Positions 9,263 through 17,011 are shown, counted from the stretch's first letter. The stretch is DNA of 17,200 nt from Deltaproteobacteria bacterium (GCA_032128375.1 JAQBGU010000248.1:1-17200), one strand, 5' to 3'. Numbers and translations: made by a program. Notes: a model not told the origin generated them from the letters alone.

Positions 9263-9364
9263 CGAATTAGTTAACGAGTGCGAGTGGGCATCGGAAGCCC
9301 TACGGCTAGACTTGCCGGATCAAAGATGGCTACCCCGTGGGGAGAGGCCAGACTCTTGTTGAAT

Positions 9365-9387
9365 TTGCGATCTGTCGTAGATCACAA
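9365..9387. promoter_or_regulatory. Inverted repeat (candidate operator) in divergent promoter region
   Basis: TTGCGATCT-GTCGT-AGATCACAA, 8/9 symmetric, between the divergent synthase and regulator starts. Confidence 0.35.
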
Positions 9388-9393
9388 TAGCAG

Positions 9394-10788
9394 TTGAATT
9401 GGGAATACGAATTGGGGGATCGGGCTGTGGCAGTGGGTCGCGACTTGGAAAGCAGAGTGGAGGGCGATCCCCTTGTTCTCCTGGTGGAGGACAACGAATT
9501 TCACGCTCAATTGATTCAGCAAAGTATCGAACGTATCGGAGCGTTGGTCGAGCATGTGACAACGTGTGCGGCTGCGCTTGAAGCCCTGACGAATCGCAAC
9601 TTCGAATTAGTAATGCTCGATGTCGATCTTCCAGATGGAAACGGATTCGAGGTTTACGAATGGTTGAGGGGACGGTCGACTAGCCCGCTGGTGATATTTG
9701 TAACGGCAGATGATCGGGCCGAACATGCGGTTCAGGCCGTCAAGGCCGGCGCGGCGGACTACATCGTCAAACGACCCAGCTATTTCGCCGAAGTTGCAAG
9801 AACAGTGGTGCGGGTCTTGGACGAAGCCGCGGCTTCGAGACAACTCCAATCATCGGACGCAACGTCAACTCCCGATTCTCCGATCGATTTTCTGGGGCAC
9901 AGCCCGGAGATGGTCGAAGTCAGGGTTGCGATTCAACGGCTCTCGGATTCCGCACTTCCGGTCTTCGTATACGGAGAGTTCGGCACGGGCAAGACGCTTG
10001 TATCGCAGCTATTGCACAACGGTCGCCGTCGCAGAGCCGCGCCTTTCTTGGTTGTTGACTATGGTCTAACCCGTCTGATCGACGAGATTCCCTCGGCATC
10101 GACACCCATTCGATCCGACACTGCGCGGTCCTCCGATCCGCGAGTTTCATTCGAGGCGGCTCGCGCCGGCACTCTCGTCCTCAAGAAAGTCGACCTGGCA
10201 TCGGACGAGGCTCAAACAATCCTCACTGAACTGATCGATGCTGACCTCTCGCAGGCTGAACAAGGGAGGATGACGACCCGCGTAGTCGTGGACTCTCGCC
10301 TGGATCTCGGCGTAGAAGCCACCGAAGGTCGATTCAATCAAGATTTGTGGATTCGGCTCGCTGGACAGCAGATTCGAATTTGTCCTCTGCGCCAGCGAAT
10401 CGAAGACATTTCCTCAATTATTTCTGCTGAGCTTCGCAGACTGGCCGACGAAGCCGGTGCGTCGCCGCTCACACTTACTGACGATGCTCATGCTCGACTT
10501 CGTTCGCACTCGTGGCCAGGAAATACAAGGGAACTTCTAGCAACGGTGCGGCAGCTCGCAGCTGATCACTCCGACCGCGATTCGGTCGACCAGTTCGATG
10601 TGGATGCTGCTTTGTCGAGAACTCGAGACAAGTACACGCCAAGGGCTCAGTACGAAGAGTATGCGAGGCTGGCATTGCGGGCTGCGCTGGATGCAAACGA
10701 TTGGAACAACGCTGCGACGGCCCGTGCGCTTGGGGTGACCCGGTCGGCCATTCGACGGCGTCGCCAATCTCTTGACCTCGTCGACTAA
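9394..10788 (+). CDS. NtrC/PilR-like response regulator (REC - degenerate AAA+ - Fis HTH); likely start GTG 9457
   Basis: REC: VLLVEDN, VMLDVDLPDGNG, FVTADD, DYIVK. AAA+ remnants: FLGHSPEM, GEFGTGKT, WPGNTREL. HTH: NDWNNAATARALGVTRSAI. Confidence 0.9.
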   Translation: MNWEYELGDRAVAVGRDLESRVEGDPLVLLVEDNEFHAQLIQQSIERIGALVEHVTTCAAALEALTNRNFELVMLDVDLPDGNGFEVYEWLRGRSTSPLVIFVTADDRAEHAVQAVKAGAADYIVKRPSYFAEVARTVVRVLDEAAASRQLQSSDATSTPDSPIDFLGHSPEMVEVRVAIQRLSDSALPVFVYGEFGTGKTLVSQLLHNGRRRRAAPFLVVDYGLTRLIDEIPSASTPIRSDTARSSDPRVSFEAARAGTLVLKKVDLASDEAQTILTELIDADLSQAEQGRMTTRVVVDSRLDLGVEATEGRFNQDLWIRLAGQQIRICPLRQRIEDISSIISAELRRLADEAGASPLTLTDDAHARLRSHSWPGNTRELLATVRQLAADHSDRDSVDQFDVDAALSRTRDKYTPRAQYEEYARLALRAALDANDWNNAATARALGVTRSAIRRRRQSLDLVD

Positions 10789-10827
10789 TCTGCGGTCAGC
10801 GCATTCCGTCGTCCTCCGCCGAACGTA

Positions 10828-10952
10828 CTAGTGCAACACCCGCCACGTTTCGGTACCCATGATTGAAGCCGACAGAACGCTCTTCTCCGTCGGACAACGC
10901 GACGGTGATCCCTTTGTCAGCATGTACCAGAACTTTCCGGATGTGCCACTAG
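10828..10952. mobile_element. Complete MITE-like element (~119 bp) flanked by CTAG, IS630-like
   Basis: CTAG at 10828-10831 and 10949-10952. 26-bp imperfect terminal inverted repeats (GTGCAACACCCGCCACGTTTCGGTAC vs revcomp GTGGCACATCCGGAAAGTTCTGGTAC, 18/26). No transposase. A second copy is at 1-96. Confidence 0.72.
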
Positions 10953-11344
10953 CGTCGACAATCTCACGACCTTTCCAAACTCATTTCGCTGAATTCGCTC
11001 CTTTCACGAGCGTTTATATCCTCCGCGCCGTGGATCGCCTGATTCACAGTTTTCGCCGGCGCCACTGGGTCTCACGGCCACATCCCGGTTGGAATGGGAC
11101 GGCTTGGAACCTTGTTCACTTCGGCCGGTCGAAACCGGTCGCAGGGTGCTTGTTCGTCGACGTTGTGTGACCGATTCCGGCCGATCGTCCGTCCCGATTC
11201 CGTTGCTAGCGACCGATTGCGAACCTTCGACACATTTTCGAACGGACTAACGAATGGCCGTGTTAGTACGAAGCGGATGTTTGAAAACAATCGGCAGCGA
11301 ATGCGGTGCGGCGAGTCTGCGCACAGCCCCGGGAGCTTCGAGAC

Positions 11345-12181
11345 GTGTTGACCAGCTGGGTACAAGGGACAATTGGAAGCTTGGCGCTGCTACTGGTACT
11401 GACGGCGCCGGCGTACGCCAAGCCCATGGCATTCGAAGGAACCGTGTCCTTCGCACCGTTGGGTCTAGTCCGTACGTTTTCCGTGACCGGGACCGGCGTC
11501 GCGACTGTCAATGGGGCCGGTGACGACATCGCGCTCCATACGCTGAGTCTGGCAGGCGGTATCACCGGCACAGCGGTCGTCCCTGTCACCGATCCCGAGG
11601 TAGCCAGCACGATCGCATCGATCCGACTGCAGGCGACCCTGGGTGCGGGCGTATTCCATCCCTTCTCTGCTGCGGCGCAATCACAGCCCCTGCTAACACA
11701 GAACATCCTGCCACTCATCGGCGGCGCCCGGGTCTGTCTGGTCGTTGCCGGTTGCGGCTCCAGCCAGGAGATTTTTCCATTCCAGCAGGGGGCCGCTGGA
11801 ATCGGTGTCGGTGGGATGTGGACTGGGAGTGGCGGAGGTCCCTCGCAGGTCAGAGTCTCGGTCCAAGGTGCTCCCTGGACGCTGGGTACCGCGCTGCTTT
11901 CGATCGTGACTGCCGAAGGCAACACCGCAACGATTCCCGAGTTTGGCGCCGCACACGGGCCACTGTCGCTTGGCGGGTCTACGGCCCTCGCTGGTGGCGA
12001 GATCCAGCTCGTTACACCTCTTTTGGTCACGTCGGGCTTGGAGCTGAGCCCCTTCACAGGGTTCGTCAGAACCACCCTTCGTTTCATCCCAGAACCGGAA
12101 GGGGGTTTGCTCGTGGGCTCAGGAGCGCTCGCTCTGCTCCTGATCGGCCGCCAGCGCATTCAACCCAGGAGGACACGATGA
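11345..12181 (+). CDS. PEP-CTERM sorting-domain surface protein (ORF track starts it at 11306)
   Basis: Signal peptide ..GSLALLLVLTAPAYA, a Gly/Thr/Ala-rich body, and C-terminal IPEPEGGLLVGSGALALLLIGRQR (PEP + TM + basic). Confidence 0.85.
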   Translation: MLTSWVQGTIGSLALLLVLTAPAYAKPMAFEGTVSFAPLGLVRTFSVTGTGVATVNGAGDDIALHTLSLAGGITGTAVVPVTDPEVASTIASIRLQATLGAGVFHPFSAAAQSQPLLTQNILPLIGGARVCLVVAGCGSSQEIFPFQQGAAGIGVGGMWTGSGGGPSQVRVSVQGAPWTLGTALLSIVTAEGNTATIPEFGAAHGPLSLGGSTALAGGEIQLVTPLLVTSGLELSPFTGFVRTTLRFIPEPEGGLLVGSGALALLLIGRQRIQPRRTR

Positions 12182-15100
12182 ACCCATCCACACACTCGAT
12201 CCCGGCGCGGATCGTTTCGCTGCTGCTATCGATGCTCGTCGCCATGCTCGGGTGCCGCCCAACGGGCACGCTCGACCCGTTCCCTGGTGCGCCGGACTAC
12301 GAGGCGGTCAACTTCATAGCTGTCCCTGGCGCATGGGTGAACGTCGCCGGCGGGAATCTCTTGGTGCGGCGTGTTGACATGACGCTCGACACGCTCTTCG
12401 GTACCCAGGAGATCGCCGCGAGCTACAACTCGGCCTCGGGCGAGTGGCTGTGGAATTTTCAGATCCGCTATGACGGCCTCTCCTTCCTCGACCCAACGGG
12501 TGCGGTTTACTCCACCGATGCGGTAGCTGACGGACAGCCGATCCCGGGTTCGATCTGGGTGAAGGCCGATGTCGACACGATCGAGACCAAAGGCGGCTTC
12601 GCTTTCCACTTCACCCCGTCGGGAGACATCGATCACGTACGCTGGAAAACACTCGACTATCCCAGAATCCAGTACACCCCTTCTCAGGTGGGAGGTATCG
12701 ATTTCGTCACCCTCGAGCAGTGCCCGTCTGCAGCGGTCTGCGCTCCGTTTTTCGAGATCGAACTCAACGGAGACGGCGACCCGGCTGCAGTCGAAGATTC
12801 GCGAACCGGCAGACGGGTCGACTACGAGTACGACATGGGCCGCCTAAGCCGCGTGCGAGATCCGCTAGCCCTGGACGAGGAATTGGACGGGACGCGCTAC
12901 GAATACGGCGTCCTGTTCCCGACCTTGCTGACCGCGATGGTGAACTCCGAAGGCGAGCGCATCGAATACGACTACCAAACCAATCGACGCATCGTCGATG
13001 TCGTACAGATCGGCGAAGGAAATCCGACCCATCATTTTGAGTTCCATTCGCCCAAGAACTATTCCAACAACCACTACCGGACGTTTCACACCAATCCGCG
13101 GGGAGGAATCACACGCTATTGGGTGGACGCGACGCGACGCGTCGTCGACGTCACACTCGTCGCGACGGGCGAATCCGAGCAGATCACATGGGAAGGCCGG
13201 CGGCCGTCGAAGATCACCGCCGCCAATGGGGCCACGACGTATTTCTCGTACACCGGCGATGATCTGACCGGCATCGTGGAACCTTCTGGGAACGCAGTGA
13301 CGATCACCCATCAGCTCGACGCGCTCAACCTCGAAGACCCCCGGGTTCGCGCGATCGCGAGCGTCGTGGACTCGCTGGGGTTGGTCGGGCAGCGAAACTA
13401 CGACTCGGATGGTCGGGTGGCGACGAGCGTGAATGGAGAGGGCGACACGACGACGAGCGGCTGGACGCCGGTCACGCTTGCATCCATCACCAATCCGCTT
13501 GGGGCAACGTTCGATTTTCCCATCTACGGCGTGCACGGTCACTGGTTGGAAATGGATGGCAGCACTACGGATCGGCGAAGAATTGATCCGGTGGGCAACG
13601 TGCTGATCGCCAGTACCGGTCGGCAACAGGGCGGCATCCTGACGAGTGAGTACGATCCGAACCGGAACGTCAGTGCGCTGACCGTTGCAGCGACCGCGAA
13701 CGGCAGCGTCGTTTCACAGGATGTGATCAGCGTTCAGCGAAGAAGCGACGGCGAGCTGCTCTACGTGGCTCGACCCGGCGGAGGCGACCATCGGTTCGCA
13801 TACGACCCGCTCGGTCGGGTCGAGAGCCGCGACGAGTTTGTGGACGGTATCTGGCAAGCAACGACATTCGAGTACGATCTGGCGGGCAACACCGCGGCGG
13901 TCACTCGACCCAACGGGATGCGCGAGGAGTACGACTACGACGCCTACGGACGATTGACCGCACACCGGGCGTTGTACGATGGGAGCGAAGAAGGAGCGGA
14001 GACCTTCGTTTACCAGGACGGGCAGGTTGTTTCGAGAACCGACTCGATCCGTGACGCGACAGAGGTCTACGGTTACGACGCGGCCGGTCGATTGGTGTCG
14101 GTCACGTTCGCTTTCGGCGAGTCCGTGTCGGGTGAGTACGACGTCCGTTCCAGAGTCACCGCCGAAACGCTTTCATCGCCTGCCCACGGAGTCTCCCGGC
14201 GCATCGAATACGAATACGACCTGGCCAACCGCCTCATCCGGCTGGGTGTGGATGACGACGAGCTGCTGGCGGCGTGGGCGTTCCAGGATGGTGCGGTCGC
14301 CGAGATCGAGTACGGCAACGGGTTGACACGAACCTTCGAGGTCGATCCGGCGACGGGGTCGTTGATCTCGGCTTCGACTGAAAACGACCTTGCTCAGATA
14401 ATCGAGACGACGCTGGTGACGACGACGATCGAGCTGGCTCCTACTCGCGAGCAGGTCCGATCCACGACCGGTACGATCGTCGCGCAAACCACTGAGCGCT
14501 ACTCGCTAACACGGGGAGGCCATTTGGCCAATCCCGATGGCTACGTGGGACAGCGCGTATTCGGTTGGGAGGACGAAGCAGGGCAGGCGAAATCGTTCGA
14601 CTATGACGAGATGTCCAATTCGGTGGACAACGCGTCGGGCGATACCTTTGTCTACAACGCGGAGCGAAGCCGTCTGCTTTCGGCCACCCTTGTCGACGAC
14701 GGGGTGACACTCGACTACACCTACGATGAAGCGGGCTTCGCCACGTCTCGCGGGGGTGTGCCGATTGCGTGGACTGCGACGGGTCGCATGGCGTCGTTTG
14801 GCGCAGACTCAATCACGTGGGACTTACGGGGCCGCCCGATCGCGACGTCGATCGGTGGAGAGACACTCGAATTCGCCTACTTCGGAGGACGGGTGTCAAA
14901 CGATCCGCAGTCCGGTGCGCTGCTGCCGCTCGACCTCGGCGTGGCGCGTGTCGATTTCGATGCGGTCGGACGCAGCTATCGACATTTCGACTTCCGGCAC
15001 AACGTGAGCTTCGTCTCTGACGAGTCGGGTACGATCGTCAGCCACTACCAGTACTCCGCCTACGGGCTTGACTTCGCTTTCGGATTGGACGAAGACGCCG

Positions 15101-15570
15101 TGCGCTTCGTCGGCCGGCAGCAGATCGGCGAGCTGATGTGGCTCGGAGCGCGGATCTATGATCCGATCGTGGGTCGCTTTCTGTCCCCCGATCCGGTGTT
15201 CAACCTGGTGAATCAGTTCACCTACACGCTCGGAAATCCGCTTCGCTATTGGGACCCGGATGGACGGACCCCTTTTCTGACACCGTCCCAGGCACACAAA
15301 ATGGCGGGTGTCGGTATCCTTCTTACTGCCGGGGCATTGTTAGGTTGTGGATTTTGTGCTTGGTATGCATTGTATATTGCCGGCATTCTTTGGTTCAACG
15401 CCGCGAATGCCGTGAGGGGCCCCGGTGGCGGAGGTTCAGGTGGTGGAACAGGGGGTGGCATCGGTGGTAGTGTGCCCAACTGTGGTTTGCTGGGCATCGA
15501 ACCGTTTCTCGTCCTGGCATTTTTGCGCCGCCGCCGCCGCCGCCGCGCGCCGGGAGGGGCTGGCGGATGA
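12178..15570 (+). CDS. RHS/YD-repeat lipoprotein with RHS-associated core (1130 aa)
   Basis: AGGAGGA RBS at 12167-12173, ATG 12178 overlapping the upstream TGA, and lipobox MLGC (Cys26). DUF6531-like VNVAGGNL..D..SYNS. YD repeats (YDPLGRV, YDLAGN, YDAYGRL, YDAAGRL, YDLANRL). Core LGARIYDPIVGRFLSPDP..YTLGNPLRYWDPDG. Confidence 0.93.
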   Translation: MNPSTHSIPARIVSLLLSMLVAMLGCRPTGTLDPFPGAPDYEAVNFIAVPGAWVNVAGGNLLVRRVDMTLDTLFGTQEIAASYNSASGEWLWNFQIRYDGLSFLDPTGAVYSTDAVADGQPIPGSIWVKADVDTIETKGGFAFHFTPSGDIDHVRWKTLDYPRIQYTPSQVGGIDFVTLEQCPSAAVCAPFFEIELNGDGDPAAVEDSRTGRRVDYEYDMGRLSRVRDPLALDEELDGTRYEYGVLFPTLLTAMVNSEGERIEYDYQTNRRIVDVVQIGEGNPTHHFEFHSPKNYSNNHYRTFHTNPRGGITRYWVDATRRVVDVTLVATGESEQITWEGRRPSKITAANGATTYFSYTGDDLTGIVEPSGNAVTITHQLDALNLEDPRVRAIASVVDSLGLVGQRNYDSDGRVATSVNGEGDTTTSGWTPVTLASITNPLGATFDFPIYGVHGHWLEMDGSTTDRRRIDPVGNVLIASTGRQQGGILTSEYDPNRNVSALTVAATANGSVVSQDVISVQRRSDGELLYVARPGGGDHRFAYDPLGRVESRDEFVDGIWQATTFEYDLAGNTAAVTRPNGMREEYDYDAYGRLTAHRALYDGSEEGAETFVYQDGQVVSRTDSIRDATEVYGYDAAGRLVSVTFAFGESVSGEYDVRSRVTAETLSSPAHGVSRRIEYEYDLANRLIRLGVDDDELLAAWAFQDGAVAEIEYGNGLTRTFEVDPATGSLISASTENDLAQIIETTLVTTTIELAPTREQVRSTTGTIVAQTTERYSLTRGGHLANPDGYVGQRVFGWEDEAGQAKSFDYDEMSNSVDNASGDTFVYNAERSRLLSATLVDDGVTLDYTYDEAGFATSRGGVPIAWTATGRMASFGADSITWDLRGRPIATSIGGETLEFAYFGGRVSNDPQSGALLPLDLGVARVDFDAVGRSYRHFDFRHNVSFVSDESGTIVSHYQYSAYGLDFAFGLDEDAVRFVGRQQIGELMWLGARIYDPIVGRFLSPDPVFNLVNQFTYTLGNPLRYWDPDGRTPFLTPSQAHKMAGVGILLTAGALLGCGFCAWYALYIAGILWFNAANAVRGPGGGGSGGGTGGGIGGSVPNCGLLGIEPFLVLAFLRRRRRRRAPGGAGG
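15526..15546 (+). repeat. (CGC)7 trinucleotide run encoding poly-Arg of the RHS C-terminal anchor
   Basis: Seven consecutive in-frame CGC codons after the hydrophobic segment. Confidence 0.85.
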
Positions 15571-15998
15571 GGGAGATGGTGGTGTTCAAGTGTCGCTACC
15601 CGCTGTGGCTTCTACTGATCGGGATCGTTGTTCCGCTTTTGAATCTCTACAGTGCCATCAGCCAGGCGAGGCCTGACAGTTTCGGCTGGGCGACTATCGG
15701 TGTCGCGTCCGCTGCATCCGTTGCAGCTTTGTTCGCGTTTGGAATTCGCAACCGGCTGATCAGGCCGGTCGTGGAAATCGGCGACGACGTCATCTCATTC
15801 GGGTCGGTGTTTCAAGCCATCAGGTGGCAAGCAAGGTTGTCGGATGTCGTAGAGATAATTCCGAGCAGACCAGGCAAGGTCGTGTTGCGCATGCGATCGG
15901 GACGCAGACGCAGGATCTCACTGTTCGAGGTGGCGCTGGCGGATCGGGAAGCGGCCCGGCAAGCCATCGGCGACGCAGTCGCTCGCAGTCTCGAATAG
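15567..15998 (+). CDS. Small 2-TM membrane protein with PH-like soluble tail; candidate RHS immunity protein
   Basis: 143 aa with ATGA overlap with the RHS stop. Two hydrophobic helices followed by a beta-rich segment (PVVEIGDDVISF..RLSDVVEI..VVLRMRSGRRRRISL). The immunity role is inferred from position only. Confidence 0.7.
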   Translation: MREMVVFKCRYPLWLLLIGIVVPLLNLYSAISQARPDSFGWATIGVASAASVAALFAFGIRNRLIRPVVEIGDDVISFGSVFQAIRWQARLSDVVEIIPSRPGKVVLRMRSGRRRRISLFEVALADREAARQAIGDAVARSLE

Positions 15999-16074
15999 TC
16001 GAAGGACCGATCTCCTTCATGTGGTCGCGATTGAATGGAAACATAAGAAGGGCAGGCCGTAGGTCGAGTTTCGA

Positions 16075-17004
16075 GTGGTAGCAGTGCGAACGGTTCGCTG
16101 GCTGAACATCGGGTCATTGCTCGTCGTCGTCCTCTTCTCCCTTTCCTGTCGCGAGCCCCACATCATCACCCGCTCGAATGCCCTTTTCTGGGAAGTCACG
16201 GGCGAGAGGGGGACTCTTTTCCTCCTCGGCTCGATCCATGCTTGCGATGTGCCAATCGCACTCGGACCTGACATCGAGCAAGCGTTCCTTCGCTCTGAGG
16301 AGCTGTTGGTCGAGATCGATATCCGTCGCGTCAGCGACGAGGAGTTGATGTTCCGCCCCACACAGTGGAGCCGTTTTGCACCCATGGAAAAAAATCTTCG
16401 CGGCTATCTCGACGATGCGACGTACGCTCAGCTCGAAGCGTATCTCGCAGCGCACCCGCCTCCGGAGCGACTGATATGGGACGTGGAATACACGAAGCCG
16501 TGGATGCTCTCGCTGTGGTTTACGCTGAGCGTTATCGAGGAGACCGAACTCCGACTCGACTACGGGATTGACGAATATTTTTCGGATCGTGCTGACGGAC
16601 GCATACCCATTATTTCGCTGGAGAGCTTGTCCATTCAGCTGAAGGCGATGAATGCAGTGCCCCTCGCACACCAGGTGACCCGCCTTTCGGAACAACTTCG
16701 TGCGCTGGATAGCCAGACCGAAAATGAGGAGATCAATCTGATCGACGCATGGAAAGCCGGTGACGAGCAGATCCTCGCCAGTCTGCTCCTGGATGAGTCC
16801 GATTCAGCCGAGGCCGCGTTTATCGCCGAGGTGATTTTCAAGCGCAACGAATCGATGAGCGCGGACATGGGGCGCTACTTGGACCGACCCGGCACCCGAT
16901 TTGTCGTCGTCGGTGCGGGGCATCTGCTGGGGCCTCGAGGGATTCCGAGCTTACTGAAAGCGGCCGGATTCGAGGTGCGAAGGTGGCGGCCCCAGCCACT
17001 CTAG
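16075..17004 (+). CDS. TraB/GumN (Tiki-like) family protein, probable lipoprotein
   Basis: LFLLGSIH, KPWML, GIDEYF, LESLSIQL, KRNESM and FVVVGAGHLLG, plus an N-terminal hydrophobic stretch ending LSC. Confidence 0.9.
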   Translation: MVAVRTVRWLNIGSLLVVVLFSLSCREPHIITRSNALFWEVTGERGTLFLLGSIHACDVPIALGPDIEQAFLRSEELLVEIDIRRVSDEELMFRPTQWSRFAPMEKNLRGYLDDATYAQLEAYLAAHPPPERLIWDVEYTKPWMLSLWFTLSVIEETELRLDYGIDEYFSDRADGRIPIISLESLSIQLKAMNAVPLAHQVTRLSEQLRALDSQTENEEINLIDAWKAGDEQILASLLLDESDSAEAAFIAEVIFKRNESMSADMGRYLDRPGTRFVVVGAGHLLGPRGIPSLLKAAGFEVRRWRPQPL

Positions 17005-17011
17005 GGCCTAC

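Noticed and set aside
2338..10788. ComQXPA-type prenylated-peptide quorum system
   Set aside because: The synthase has both FARM and SARM like a true chain-elongating IPPS, and the tightly packed operon leaves no room for a ComX-like Trp peptide gene. It is kept only as an architectural analogy.
10859..11170. 103-aa ORF starting in the repeat
   Set aside because: It begins inside the MITE and runs into intergenic DNA, with no transposase or other motif.
11752..12177. N-terminal 142 aa of the 1272-aa ORF as part of the RHS protein
   Set aside because: It overlaps the PEP-CTERM gene in another frame. A strong RBS, ATGA coupling and a lipoprotein signal place the start at 12178.
1011..16868. 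Numerous antisense/alternate-frame ORFs (e.g. 1471-2178, 11263-12159, 12865-13626, 16114-16695)
   Set aside because: Shadow ORFs of well-supported genes in GC-rich DNA, with no motifs.
16075..17004. Myxobacterial TraB (outer-membrane exchange) or conjugative TraB
   Set aside because: Name coincidence. The motifs are TraB/GumN family, with no OmpA/beta-barrel or conjugation context.
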